The notes under the pieces were generated by a model. The model had not been told where the DNA came from, did no database searches, and saw only the letters and a program-made list of their open reading frames with translations. The translations under genes were made by a program, and so were the position numbers. From IMG/VR virus record IMGVR_UViG_3300033518_000149, positions 1-30,522 of that record: DNA of 30,522 nucleotides. One strand, 5' to 3'. Source of the DNA: a virus. Its lineage: Duplodnaviria > Caudoviricetes. Below are positions 18,008-26,971 of the stretch, in pieces (within the stretch, counting starts at the first letter, position 1; the number at the start of each line of letters is the position of its first letter).

Positions 18008-19885
18008 TCAAATTCCAAAAACACTTTTAAGTTCTTCTATATCCATTTCTAGATATTCGTCTATCATATCGTTTATACCATCAATACTAGCTTTAACTAA
18101 TCTCTGTCCACTGTTTGTAATAGCGGCTGAGCATATTTTAAATCCATCTGTAAAGCGCCAAGAATTAATTGCATATGTACCGTATAAAGCGTTTTGCAAG
18201 ATTTTAAATGCCATTTGATACAAGTCATATAGCTTATAGTTTTCCCAATCCTCGGCTTTACCTGCTTTGCTCTTTAATCCCCGATAGTGGTTTCGTTGAT
18301 CGAACCAATCCTGTAATACCTCACACGCTATACTTTTAATATCTGTTCTAAAGAAAGCACCGCTGGCTGAAACTGACCAATTATTATCCTCAATTAATTT
18401 AACTAAATTACCCAAGGATATTTTAGCCTCTTTCAACATATATGTTTTCTTGTTTAGCTTTTGTATATGAATTATTTCCTCGGGATTACGTTTCTTTAAT
18501 TGCTCAAGTGAATTATACTGTTCATAGTTATCTTTTGTAACTATTCTTCCCACTAGAGTTTCTATACCTAAATTAAGGGATTTGATAATAGAGGGATATA
18601 GTGAGGTAAAATCCAAATCGGATACATCAGAATATAGTCCTGGTTTAGGGTCTAGCAAATATCCACCAGCGTATGATTCTTTCCGGCGTATTGTTTTTAT
18701 ATTTCGATAAAGCATATGACCCGACATAGTTCTGATTACTACATCTTTTTCTTTAAATGAATGAACAAAACCCTCAATTGTAGGTGTACCCCTTTGATTG
18801 ATTATGTGATCATCTATCTCGATTTCTCGAATACTTGGGTTTGTTGTGGTGGGTTTGTTTGGAGCAACTATACCTTTACGCTTTAGATACGTTAAAATAG
18901 CACCTTCGTTTAAAGTTGTATTATAGTAAATAGATTCATATGGAGTATGACATAGATGTGAAATCAATACGGTTAATTCGATAAATTTCAATTTCTCCTC
19001 TAAAGCCTCTAATATCTCAACGTCTCGAATATTATAGTCGATATATTTGTCTTTATCTTCTTTAAATAATGTATCTAAACTACCATTGTACTCTATTTTA
19101 CCTAATTTAGCGTATTTTATCCCAATATCGCCTAATTTATATGATGGTTCTTCTTTAGCTATATATTTTTTCAACAAAAGCATATAATCTAAACTATTAA
19201 CTAAACCAATCCGAATTGGAGAATTACCATTAGATAAATTTTCAGTTATTTTACCAATTGGAGATAAACGTAAAACTTCATCGCCCAGTATTTTTTGGAT
19301 ACGATAGTAGATATATGGAATATCAAAGAAATCTGAATTGTAGCCTACAACCATAGTTGGGTCCATCTGTTCCCATTTGCTTAGAAATTTTCGTACAAGA
19401 GTTTTTTCATCTATACAAGGGATAACTGTTTTTCCATTTGCTGTTATCTCTTCCATTAGATTTTCTTTATCTAATATGAAACATATTTTTTCCTTAGTTG
19501 ATATATCCATTAAAGCAATAGCTGTAATTTCTGCGTTTGCTTCTCTAATAGTATATGGTGTAAGTGCCCCTAGAATTTCAATCTCAATATCCAGATAAAC
19601 TAGATTGTGATATGAGGGCATATCATCTGTTTGATAATATAAATCTCGAAGTAAAACTAATTCACGGTCAATATCTTTTTCAAATATGGTGGGATCTTTC
19701 TTATCGTATTTACCTTGAAATGGAGAACAAGAATCCCCGAAGAGATTCTTATATTCACCATATTCATCCAATTTGTAGAGTGTAGGCCAATATTGGAAAC
19801 AGCTAATACCTTTTTGATCATCCCTCAAGTAATAATGATATTGATCCTCGCCAGGTTGACGATTGTAATGAACTGCTTGAAACAT
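18008..19885 (-). CDS. Family B DNA polymerase, N-terminal part (3'-5' exonuclease, motifs A and B)
   Basis: LDIEI, GYNSDFFDIPY, YNIRDV, DFTSLYPSII, KILQNALYG, ITNSGQ; stops before DTDS. Confidence 0.95.
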   Translation of the reverse strand: MFQAVHYNRQPGEDQYHYYLRDDQKGISCFQYWPTLYKLDEYGEYKNLFGDSCSPFQGKYDKKDPTIFEKDIDRELVLLRDLYYQTDDMPSYHNLVYLDIEIEILGALTPYTIREANAEITAIALMDISTKEKICFILDKENLMEEITANGKTVIPCIDEKTLVRKFLSKWEQMDPTMVVGYNSDFFDIPYIYYRIQKILGDEVLRLSPIGKITENLSNGNSPIRIGLVNSLDYMLLLKKYIAKEEPSYKLGDIGIKYAKLGKIEYNGSLDTLFKEDKDKYIDYNIRDVEILEALEEKLKFIELTVLISHLCHTPYESIYYNTTLNEGAILTYLKRKGIVAPNKPTTTNPSIREIEIDDHIINQRGTPTIEGFVHSFKEKDVVIRTMSGHMLYRNIKTIRRKESYAGGYLLDPKPGLYSDVSDLDFTSLYPSIIKSLNLGIETLVGRIVTKDNYEQYNSLEQLKKRNPEEIIHIQKLNKKTYMLKEAKISLGNLVKLIEDNNWSVSASGAFFRTDIKSIACEVLQDWFDQRNHYRGLKSKAGKAEDWENYKLYDLYQMAFKILQNALYGTYAINSWRFTDGFKICSAAITNSGQRLVKASIDGINDMIDEYLEMDIEELKSVFGI

Positions 19886-19902
19886 AACTGATTAGTGTTT
19901 GG

Positions 19903-20223
19903 TTAATTTTTAGCTTTTGGTTTAGCTGGTGTCTTTTTTACTGGAGGTTTAGTTTCTGGTGTTAATTGTGCTGTTTTCTCTTCTGTTAGATTATCGAATA
20001 TTGTATCTTCAATCTCAAGAAAATCTTCTAAAGCAGCATCAAAGAATTCAATTTCTTCTTTTGTTGGTTCTGTGAATTCAATGGGGTTTTCTATAATTTC
20101 CTTTACTGTTAGTAGAGTTTCTAATTCATTAAGTAGGTCCATAGTCTCTCTAAACTTAATGTTTGGTTGAGACCAATTCGTAACGTGTTTTAATTCTGAG
20201 ATAATTTCTAGTGGTGTTTTCAT
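19903..20223 (-). CDS. Hypothetical protein, acidic core with basic Pro/Lys tail
   Basis: 106-aa ORF ending KPPVKKTPAKPKAKN. Confidence 0.55.
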   Translation of the reverse strand: MKTPLEIISELKHVTNWSQPNIKFRETMDLLNELETLLTVKEIIENPIEFTEPTKEEIEFFDAALEDFLEIEDTIFDNLTEEKTAQLTPETKPPVKKTPAKPKAKN

Positions 20224-20345
20224 ATTATTTTAAAAAATTGAATTTGAATAATTTATTTCCTTTTATTTTATTTTCAGAAATAGCCATTGGATTTATTTTG
20301 GTGGAGATGAAAAATCCCATCTTTATTCAAGGATATTGGTAAACA

Positions 20346-21008
20346 CTAGTTCTTTTTATTTCTTATAAAAGTATTAAATAATTCATCTTCAGTAAAAAAT
20401 TGAGATAAATTAGGTTTGAAATAATTTATTGATTTCATTACTTTCATATCGGAAGAACGATACACAACATATCCTCCATCTGTTTTTTCCAAATGACATG
20501 GTTCTCCTTGTTGTTCAGATCTAATTTTTATGGTTTCTTCTGCTTCTTCTTGAGTTTTACATATTTTAGACATATTAGAAGATTGAACTTCATTATACCC
20601 CTCTAACATTTTATCTTTTAAACCAAATACTAAAGCACCATTTCCCAAACCTACATATGTTATATCCAGCAAGGCATCAAATATTTCAACAATATTATTA
20701 TCTTTTACTGCTTGTTTTAACTCATCTAATTCTTCAGTTATAAAATCAATTACAAATTGTGCATCTTTAGGATCAATAGTTGGAATAGTTCTGTTCTGCC
20801 AACTTTTTCCCATAACTGCATTGAACTCTTCAACTTCTGATATAAATGGTACATAATTTTGTTTTAGATTATTAATTTCCTTATTTAATATATCCCATTT
20901 TTCAATTACATCATTTCCTAATTCGATTTTAGACATCATGGAAATGTCTACTAATTGATTTTTGAGTAATCTAATTAACTCTTCTTGTTTTTCTTCTAAT
21001 GGATTCAT
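20346..21008 (-). CDS. MazG-like / PRA-PH-like nucleoside triphosphate pyrophosphohydrolase
   Basis: VEEFN, FITEELDEL, EIFDALLDITYV, EVQSSNMSK, KVMKS..YFKPNL. Confidence 0.8.
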   Translation of the reverse strand: MNPLEEKQEELIRLLKNQLVDISMMSKIELGNDVIEKWDILNKEINNLKQNYVPFISEVEEFNAVMGKSWQNRTIPTIDPKDAQFVIDFITEELDELKQAVKDNNIVEIFDALLDITYVGLGNGALVFGLKDKMLEGYNEVQSSNMSKICKTQEEAEETIKIRSEQQGEPCHLEKTDGGYVVYRSSDMKVMKSINYFKPNLSQFFTEDELFNTFIRNKKN

Positions 21009-21011
21009 TTG

Positions 21012-21179
21012 TTATTTTTCTATTAAATGATAATATAATCTATTTTTTACTGTGTCTTTCCAAGAGTTAATTCGCATTTGGGAAAAACTGTCTTTTTGTT
21101 TTGGATCAATCAAAATCATAAGATTACCTTGTAATTCTGCATCTATTATAGCTAGTATTTCTTCTTTAGATTTAGACAT
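21012..21179 (-). CDS. Hypothetical protein (55 aa)
   Basis: Not in the ORF track. MSKSKEEILAIIDAELQGNL...HLIEK fills the gap between folE and the pyrophosphatase. Confidence 0.5.
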   Translation of the reverse strand: MSKSKEEILAIIDAELQGNLMILIDPKQKDSFSQMRINSWKDTVKNRLYYHLIEK

Positions 21180-21217
21180 ATTTTTATATATTGTGTACCT
21201 CTGGGAGAATTACTATA

Positions 21218-21853
21218 TTATAAATCCTTTCCATTTTTAGATATAGCGTGTAAAAATTCTTCTCGGATCATGTTATTTGATTCCATAAATACTCCACTGA
21301 ATTTATTAGTAGTCATAGTGGATGTTGGATGTTTGATTCCTCGATTTGAGCAACACATATGCTTAGATGATATACTTACTGCTATTGATTCGCATTCTAA
21401 TTTTTTAGTTAGAAAATCGTGAATTTGTTGTGTAAGGGATTCTTGCATTTGAGGTCGACGGGAAAACCAATCCACCACTCTATTTAATTTAGATAAACCT
21501 ACAACTTTTTCTCCGGGGACATATGCTACTGAGGCGTATCCTGTGAATGGGAGATTATGATGGGCGCACATTGATATAACAGGGATACCGGTTTGGATAA
21601 CTATTCCTGTGTAATTTTCTTCATTAGGAAAAACAGTCATGGATGGTTCTTCGGTAATAGAACCTAATATAAGATCCTTTAACCATGCTTTTGAAACCCT
21701 TCTTGGAGTATCAATAGTTTGTGGGTCTTTTGTATAATCAAAACCCATAGATAAAAGGAATTTACCATAATGTTCTGATGCTTCTGTGATCATGTTTTCA
21801 ATCTCCTCACTAGTTCGAGGAGAATTTTCATTTGATTTGTTAATGTATTTCAT
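21218..21853 (-). CDS. folE: GTP cyclohydrolase I
   Basis: DTPRRV, SMCAHHNLPF, VGLSKLNR, RRPQMQE.LT, HMC...RG. Confidence 0.95.
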   Translation of the reverse strand: MKYINKSNENSPRTSEEIENMITEASEHYGKFLLSMGFDYTKDPQTIDTPRRVSKAWLKDLILGSITEEPSMTVFPNEENYTGIVIQTGIPVISMCAHHNLPFTGYASVAYVPGEKVVGLSKLNRVVDWFSRRPQMQESLTQQIHDFLTKKLECESIAVSISSKHMCCSNRGIKHPTSTMTTNKFSGVFMESNNMIREEFLHAISKNGKDL

Positions 21854-21854
21854 A

Positions 21855-22145
21855 TTAATCTTGTATTGTGATTTTATTTATCTTATATTGTTTTTTATAT
21901 CGTTCAATAAACGAATTTCCTATACCAATATCAACGATTTCAAAATCATTTGGTATTAAAGGTGTATGTTTTCTTGTAGTGATAATTGTGTCAATACCAA
22001 AATTTATATAAGTATTTAAATAATATTTTTTATCTGTTGATTTTTTATAAACAACACATATTACTATTTTTTCAGATATAGGCCTACCTGTTCTTACAAA
22101 TGGAATTTTTGGTGCGATTTTTTTCGAAGGTCTTCCTCTTCCCAT
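21855..22145 (-). CDS. Basic hypothetical protein with AT-hook-like motifs
   Basis: MGRGRPSKK...RTGRP. Confidence 0.55.
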   Translation of the reverse strand: MGRGRPSKKIAPKIPFVRTGRPISEKIVICVVYKKSTDKKYYLNTYINFGIDTIITTRKHTPLIPNDFEIVDIGIGNSFIERYKKQYKINKITIQD

Positions 22146-22165
22146 AACTTTTTATTTTATAACGG

Positions 22166-22195
22166 AATATATGGAGGAGCTTTAGCTCCTCCAAA
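22166..22195 (-). promoter_or_regulatory. TTTG-N20-TATATT motif whose spacer is a perfect 9-bp hairpin
   Basis: TGGAGGAGC-TAAA-GCTCCTCCA directly followed by TATATT. Confidence 0.6.
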
Positions 22196-22206
22196 TATTT
22201 TTATTT

Positions 22207-22797
22207 TTAATTATATAATCTTATTTCTATAGATGTATTCTGTAAGATACCATTATCTCGTTGGGTTCCTGTACCAGTAATAAAACTACTTAAAATAAAA
22301 ACTCCTTCACCATCTTCATCATTCCAAGTAATCCCCATGACTTTTTCTTCTCGTGATGATATATTAAGATATAATTTAGATGGGTCATTTAATGTTGGGT
22401 TATGTAATTTATAAGCACCAGTGTTATAACCAGTAAACCAAATATTACCAATAGTATTTTCTAATACTGTTACTATAGGTGCTCCACTATCGTATTCTAA
22501 AATACCAGAAGATCCCCAACTATTTGGAGTTGTTTCTGTTGCTACAAACGGAGTATCAATATCATTGTTTGGAGCTCCCACATTTGTAAAATCTGCATCT
22601 CCATTATCACGTATTATATAAGTAACACCTATTTCAAGTAATCCACTATTTATGGTTTCAATTACACTTTTACCGCTCTGTGTTAATAAAGCAGTATATA
22701 TTTTATATGGGACTTTATTATCCAAATAATTTAAGTTACCATCCATCTCTTGGATAGTTAATTTGCTTCCTTTTCCTTCTCTTGTAATTAATTCCAT
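22207..22797 (-). CDS. Putative virion structural protein (fibre/appendage-like)
   Basis: N-terminal R..KGS.LT..EMD.N motif of the kind seen at the start of phage fibre proteins; Gly/Thr/Asn-rich beta composition. Confidence 0.45.
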   Translation of the reverse strand: MELITREGKGSKLTIQEMDGNLNYLDNKVPYKIYTALLTQSGKSVIETINSGLLEIGVTYIIRDNGDADFTNVGAPNNDIDTPFVATETTPNSWGSSGILEYDSGAPIVTVLENTIGNIWFTGYNTGAYKLHNPTLNDPSKLYLNISSREEKVMGITWNDEDGEGVFILSSFITGTGTQRDNGILQNTSIEIRLYN

Positions 22798-22824
22798 TGT
22801 TTTATTTTTTTTTTGTTTTTTAGT

Positions 22825-23088
22825 TTATATAAAATAATTTTCAATATAACAATTTTCAACATAATCATTTTCAATGCAATTATTAGTTGGATTGTTTGAT
22901 AGTAGAGGTCCTCCTCCACTAGAGATTTGAGACCTAATTATCTGTTGTTGATATATAAAATTCATCTGTTGTTCAAATAATAATTGCTCTCTCATGTATT
23001 TATCTTTAACCTCCATAATAGGTAAACCAATATTATCATGTCGGTTTATAAAATATTGCCAAGGTCCTGGATTATTGGTTATAAACAT
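22825..23088 (-). CDS. Hypothetical protein
   Basis: 87 aa with a C-terminal (I/V)ENxY repeat; preceded by ATATTTATAAT at 23103-23113. Confidence 0.55.
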   Translation of the reverse strand: MFITNNPGPWQYFINRHDNIGLPIMEVKDKYMREQLLFEQQMNFIYQQQIIRSQISSGGGPLLSNNPTNNCIENDYVENCYIENYFI

Positions 23089-23112
23089 AATGTAATTTTT
23101 TTATTATAAATA

Positions 23113-23358
23113 TTAGCGATTATATAATGTTATAACTTCATTTTTTGAAATTCCACCTACTAGTCTTCCTTTTTCAATTCCATTTTGTAATACAATTGTT
23201 GTAGGAACAGAGCGTACATTCCATGTTTGTGCTAATTGTGGAGATATATTCACATCAATAAATGTGATTGGCATTTCTGATTGTAAAGATTCCATTATAG
23301 GTTTGAATATTCTGCATGGAGTGCAGTTTGAGGTGCTAAAGTATAGTACTTGTTTCAT
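23113..23358 (-). CDS. Thioredoxin-like protein
   Basis: LYFS...CTPC, IDV, NVRSVPT, RLVG. Probable start MKQVLYF at 23358. Confidence 0.85.
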   Translation of the reverse strand: MKQVLYFSTSNCTPCRIFKPIMESLQSEMPITFIDVNISPQLAQTWNVRSVPTTIVLQNGIEKGRLVGGISKNEVITLYNR

Positions 23359-23359
23359 A

Positions 23360-23842
23360 TTATTTATTTTTGTTTTTTTGAATTCCAAACCCATTTCCTT
23401 GATTTCCTATTACATAACCATCTGCTTTTAAATTTACCTTGGCATATTGAATCCATATTTTATTTTTTTGATCCATTTTACCTTGCTTTTCAAATGCTTC
23501 TATATATAGTTGGGTTGGTTGGTATTTTTCTATAAATTCATTTATAACTTGAACAACAGTTGAAATAATTTTAAAAAAATGTTTAATATCAGTTTTAAAA
23601 GCTTCTCCACTATGTCCATTTATATCAAATTCTACTTCAAAACTATCAGATCCTTCTTTAAATCTATGGAATTTAACCCTAATTCTATTTCTTTGATCAT
23701 CATTAAACTCAGTCATTATAGCATTTCCTGATTCTATGAATATAAAATCTTTATCGTAAGGTTGAACAAGTTGTCCTATTTCTTGGAGTTTTTTTTCACT
23801 TTCATTTATATTTTGTTTGTAGTTTTGATATGACCTAGCCAT
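23360..23842 (-). CDS. Hypothetical protein, possible internal head protein; paralog of 10275..10786
   Basis: N-terminal INE...LQEIG and shared IISTVV core. Confidence 0.5.
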   Translation of the reverse strand: MARSYQNYKQNINESEKKLQEIGQLVQPYDKDFIFIESGNAIMTEFNDDQRNRIRVKFHRFKEGSDSFEVEFDINGHSGEAFKTDIKHFFKIISTVVQVINEFIEKYQPTQLYIEAFEKQGKMDQKNKIWIQYAKVNLKADGYVIGNQGNGFGIQKNKNK

Positions 23843-23908
23843 TTTATTTTACTATAATATAATTAATTTGATAATCTCCGAATGTTGTTGTTACTGTATA
23901 CATATTAT

Positions 23909-24130
23909 TTAATATATTCCTTCTTTTAATACTGTAGTTATTTTACCATAATCTTCTTCTCTTCTACTTTCTATTTTGATTCGAAGACTATCCCAATCCA
24001 TATTCATAGCATAAACACATAGCTCTTTTTTAAATGGGATGTTAATATAGAATGGTATTTTTAAACCAAAAGAGTTTTTTGAGTGTCTCATATATGAGTT
24101 TTTCACTATTTTATTTAATATTTTTTTCAT
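23909..24130 (-). CDS. Hypothetical protein
   Basis: 73-aa ORF with A-rich start context. Confidence 0.45.
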   Translation of the reverse strand: MKKILNKIVKNSYMRHSKNSFGLKIPFYINIPFKKELCVYAMNMDWDSLRIKIESRREEDYGKITTVLKEGIY

Positions 24131-24153
24131 ATTTTATATTTTATTATTTTAAA

Positions 24154-25011
24154 TCAAACATATCTATTTTTACCAAACATCATAATATGTAATCTAGGGC
24201 AAAACCTCCATCCTCGTTTAATTGCTTGTTCTGCAATCCAACCAGTCCTTGAATTTAAAGTATTCACATCAACTCCTTCAGGCATCAAACATATATCTGA
24301 GGGTTCCCATCCTTCTAATTGGTTTAAAATTTCTTCAATTTCTATAATATCTTGGTCTGTAGCTACTACAAACTTTAGTTGGCAATCATTAAAACCGGAT
24401 ACTTTATTATTTAAGAATGATTGGATAACAGGGATATTAATTCTGTCTTTTTCATGCTTTTTAGCCCATTTTTCACTATATTCAATCCCTGTTTCTTTAA
24501 GATTAGGTTTATGAGGAGTTGAAGTAGATAATTTAGGGGACATTGAAACTAAATCAGTATTCAAACTTATTTTTTCTGAGTATATGGTTGCATTAGTTTC
24601 AATAGTTGTATGGTATCCTAGTTTTTTTAATTTTTCTAAAAGTTCTTCTAAAGCTTCAGTTTGCATTGTAGGTTCACCTCCAGAAATTACAATATGTTTA
24701 ATATTTTGATCTTTAGTGTTTTTTATTACTACCTCTATAATATCATCTACCTCCATTTTATTTTTTTCAGGGTTATGAGATGAATATGGGGTATCACATG
24801 GTGATCCTTTTCCATCTAAACCTACCCAGGCACATCGCAGATTACATGCTGATGTACGGATAAAAAGACATGCTGTTCCTGTTAGTTTTCCTTCTCCTTG
24901 AAATGTGGCGGCACAATTAAATCCAGTCCCATCTTTTTGGTGGGGTAATCTATTCCCTTTCCCATCGTGAGTTATGGGGAATATCCCTCCTTTAACTAAG
25001 TTAATTTTCAT
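24154..25011 (-). CDS. queE: 7-carboxy-7-deazaguanine synthase (radical SAM)
   Basis: TFQGEG, FIRTSACNLRC...CDT, ISGGEP, IETN, SPKL, KFVV, PRLH; lies near queD, queC and folE. Confidence 0.92.
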   Translation of the reverse strand: MKINLVKGGIFPITHDGKGNRLPHQKDGTGFNCAATFQGEGKLTGTACLFIRTSACNLRCAWVGLDGKGSPCDTPYSSHNPEKNKMEVDDIIEVVIKNTKDQNIKHIVISGGEPTMQTEALEELLEKLKKLGYHTTIETNATIYSEKISLNTDLVSMSPKLSTSTPHKPNLKETGIEYSEKWAKKHEKDRINIPVIQSFLNNKVSGFNDCQLKFVVATDQDIIEIEEILNQLEGWEPSDICLMPEGVDVNTLNSRTGWIAEQAIKRGWRFCPRLHIMMFGKNRYV

Positions 25012-25025
25012 AATTTTTATTAAAT

Positions 25026-25682
25026 TTATTTATTATTTCCTCTTCCTCTAAGGGGAATGTTATTTTCAATTATCCTTCTTCTAATCATAGGTACACTTGT
25101 ATTAAATATCCTAGCAATTTCGGGTGTATTCAACCCACCTTTGTACATTTCTGTAATTTTAATAACATTTTCATCTAAATACGAATTTCTTTTGGTTGAA
25201 GGGTGGGATTGAAATCTTAAATATTGAGATTCACTTCCACTCCTTAATAAATCTTCACATATAATTCTTATAGTACCCTTATCACAATTATAAAATTTAG
25301 CTAATTCTGTAGGAGTGTAATTATTAAGATATTTAATTCTTATATCATTATAATAGTCATACCATAAATCTTTTCTAAAACAATGTTTATTAACCCCATC
25401 ACTCCCAGTATTGATAATATTATAAGTATTAGGACTATTACAATATTCCTCAGTTAATAGGGAGGATTCATATTCTACTGCTTTTTCTCTTGTATCGAAT
25501 GTTTTTAAAATTAATTTTTTAAAATTATCAATACCCTCAATTTCAATTACTTTTAATATGCAAGTACCACTTCCCATATATTTATCTTTTTGTGGGTTGG
25601 GATGAGTTCTTACACCTATATATTCTTTTTGATTTTTAAGGTTTACTATTTTATAAACATAATGTTGATTGTGTGTTCCCAT
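25026..25682 (-). CDS. GIY-YIG (Seg-like) homing endonuclease with C-terminal HTH-like modules
   Basis: YVYKIVNLKNQKEYIGVR, YMGSG, TYNI; C-terminal TELAKFYNC and EIARIFNTS helices. Confidence 0.8.
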   Translation of the reverse strand: MGTHNQHYVYKIVNLKNQKEYIGVRTHPNPQKDKYMGSGTCILKVIEIEGIDNFKKLILKTFDTREKAVEYESSLLTEEYCNSPNTYNIINTGSDGVNKHCFRKDLWYDYYNDIRIKYLNNYTPTELAKFYNCDKGTIRIICEDLLRSGSESQYLRFQSHPSTKRNSYLDENVIKITEMYKGGLNTPEIARIFNTSVPMIRRRIIENNIPLRGRGNNK

Positions 25683-25727
25683 ATAAGTACGATTTTACTA
25701 TACATATGTAGGAACCTTAAAAGTTCC
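25675..25727 (-). promoter_or_regulatory. Promoter-like motif with alternative hairpins over the start codon
   Basis: GTTCCTACATA/TATATGGGAAC pairs at 10 of 11 positions and covers the ATG. GTTCC can instead pair with upstream GGAAC. ATATGTATAG is at 25698-25707. Confidence 0.55.
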
Positions 25728-25729
25728 AA

Positions 25730-25831
25730 CTAATCTCCTTGAAATGTTCCTGAATATTGGAACCCTGTAGAGTTATTTTCTAGATTATCTTTTATAGGGA
25801 ATATTCCTCCTTTTACTAAATTTAATTTCAT
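25730..25831 (-). pseudogene. queE: Stranded queE 5' stub (33 codons)
   Basis: MKLNLVKGGIFPIKDNLENNSTGFQYSGTFQGD* vs intact MKINLVKGGIFPI...TGFNCAATFQGEG; similarity ends inside the Glu codon of QGEG. Confidence 0.9.
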
Positions 25832-26161
25832 AATATATTTTTTTGTTTTAATATTAATTTTATCTGTATCTCACTAGCATCATATATTTTATATAATTCA
25901 GTAAATATTTTATATTGGTGTTACTTTGGAATTTTTCAATTAATTATTTCCCAATATGTTGTTTTTACAACCTTTATTTTTTTCTTTACCCTATTAAATT
26001 CATAAATATCACTCTTTCATGATCCCAGTCAGAATCACTAACATAAGTATTAGTTTCCCAATAACTCATCCAATTCTCTTGGAACTTTATGAAAATATTC
26101 TTGGTTAATCTACATAATTGATCTTGTAAAAAATTAGAATTCCTTCTATGTTCTGTATAGC

Positions 26162-26392
26162 TTATTTATTTGGTTTAACAGTTATCGTATATTTTTTAGT
26201 ATAACTAGAATCCTCGTTTTTTACTAACACACCTAACACGGGATTAAATGCGTTCGAATCAAACATAATTGGTGTAATGGCAACGTTTAAGTTGGAGTTT
26301 TCTAAAGCAACTTTAATTTGTTGAATTATTGACATCTCATTAATTTCTAATTCCATATGGTCTTTATTGTTGTTGTTTATTTTATTCTTCAT
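26162..26392 (-). CDS. Hypothetical protein
   Basis: ORF overlapping the queD stop; exact start uncertain. Confidence 0.5.
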   Translation of the reverse strand: MKNKINNNNKDHMELEINEMSIIQQIKVALENSNLNVAITPIMFDSNAFNPVLGVLVKNEDSSYTKKYTITVKPNK

Positions 26393-26846
26393 AACTAGCT
26401 GAGTTTCTTTCGTGTTCATATACCTCTACTTTAATAGCTTTAATTCTATTATCTGTTTCATTTGATAAAAAATCATTAATAGTTTTATAAAGATATTCTG
26501 CAAATCTTTCACAACCCACACTATCCATAATTCTAAGTTGGATGATTCCATCTTCATCCATTTGTTTAAATTTTTCTAAATATGGATCATCTTGTGATAT
26601 AATTGTAGTATGATCTAGTAAATATGTAAAATAATCTTTTGGAGACATACCATGTATTTTATTTTTTGCACGCTTCATTCCCCCAAAATCAAATACCCAG
26701 TTACGGTGATCTAACTCACCCTCAAACCATACTCGAAATGATACTGCATACCCGTGCAGGAATTTACAATGTGTATCTTCTGCTCGCCATTGACGAAAAC
26801 AAGTTGAGTATCCATCAAATAATTTTGTTGATTTAAATTTTCTCAT
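26382..26846 (-). CDS. queD: 6-carboxytetrahydropterin synthase
   Basis: HCKFLHGY, WVFDFG, LDH, GCERFAE, VEVYEH..NSA. Confidence 0.9.
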   Translation of the reverse strand: MRKFKSTKLFDGYSTCFRQWRAEDTHCKFLHGYAVSFRVWFEGELDHRNWVFDFGGMKRAKNKIHGMSPKDYFTYLLDHTTIISQDDPYLEKFKQMDEDGIIQLRIMDSVGCERFAEYLYKTINDFLSNETDNRIKAIKVEVYEHERNSASYEE

Positions 26847-26971
26847 TTAATTTTTATTTAAAAATATTAATTATTCTTTGTATTTCCAAACTGTTTGGTA
26901 TGTTCTTTTATATTACTCCATATATGTGGATTTTTATTTTCCATAGTTTTTTTGTAATTTTTATTCCTTTA

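Noticed and set aside
17142-18011. Group I intron or intein explaining the split polymerase (also the split glycosyltransferase)
   Set aside because: Only about 45 nt of non-coding sequence on one side and an ATGA overlap on the other. No ribozyme core or intein terminal residues are visible, and the nuclease is not fused in frame to either half.
17985-18011. IKETDFVY at the annotated HNH start as a stranded copy of polymerase motif C (DTDSAY)
   Set aside because: The match is only E/D-T-D-x-x-Y, it is out of frame with the N-part, and it overlaps the promoter and hairpin, which explain the sequence.
25937-26160. Broken reading frames between queD's downstream ORF and the queE stub
   Set aside because: Looks like a decayed small gene, but there is no start codon context or recognisable family to support a call.
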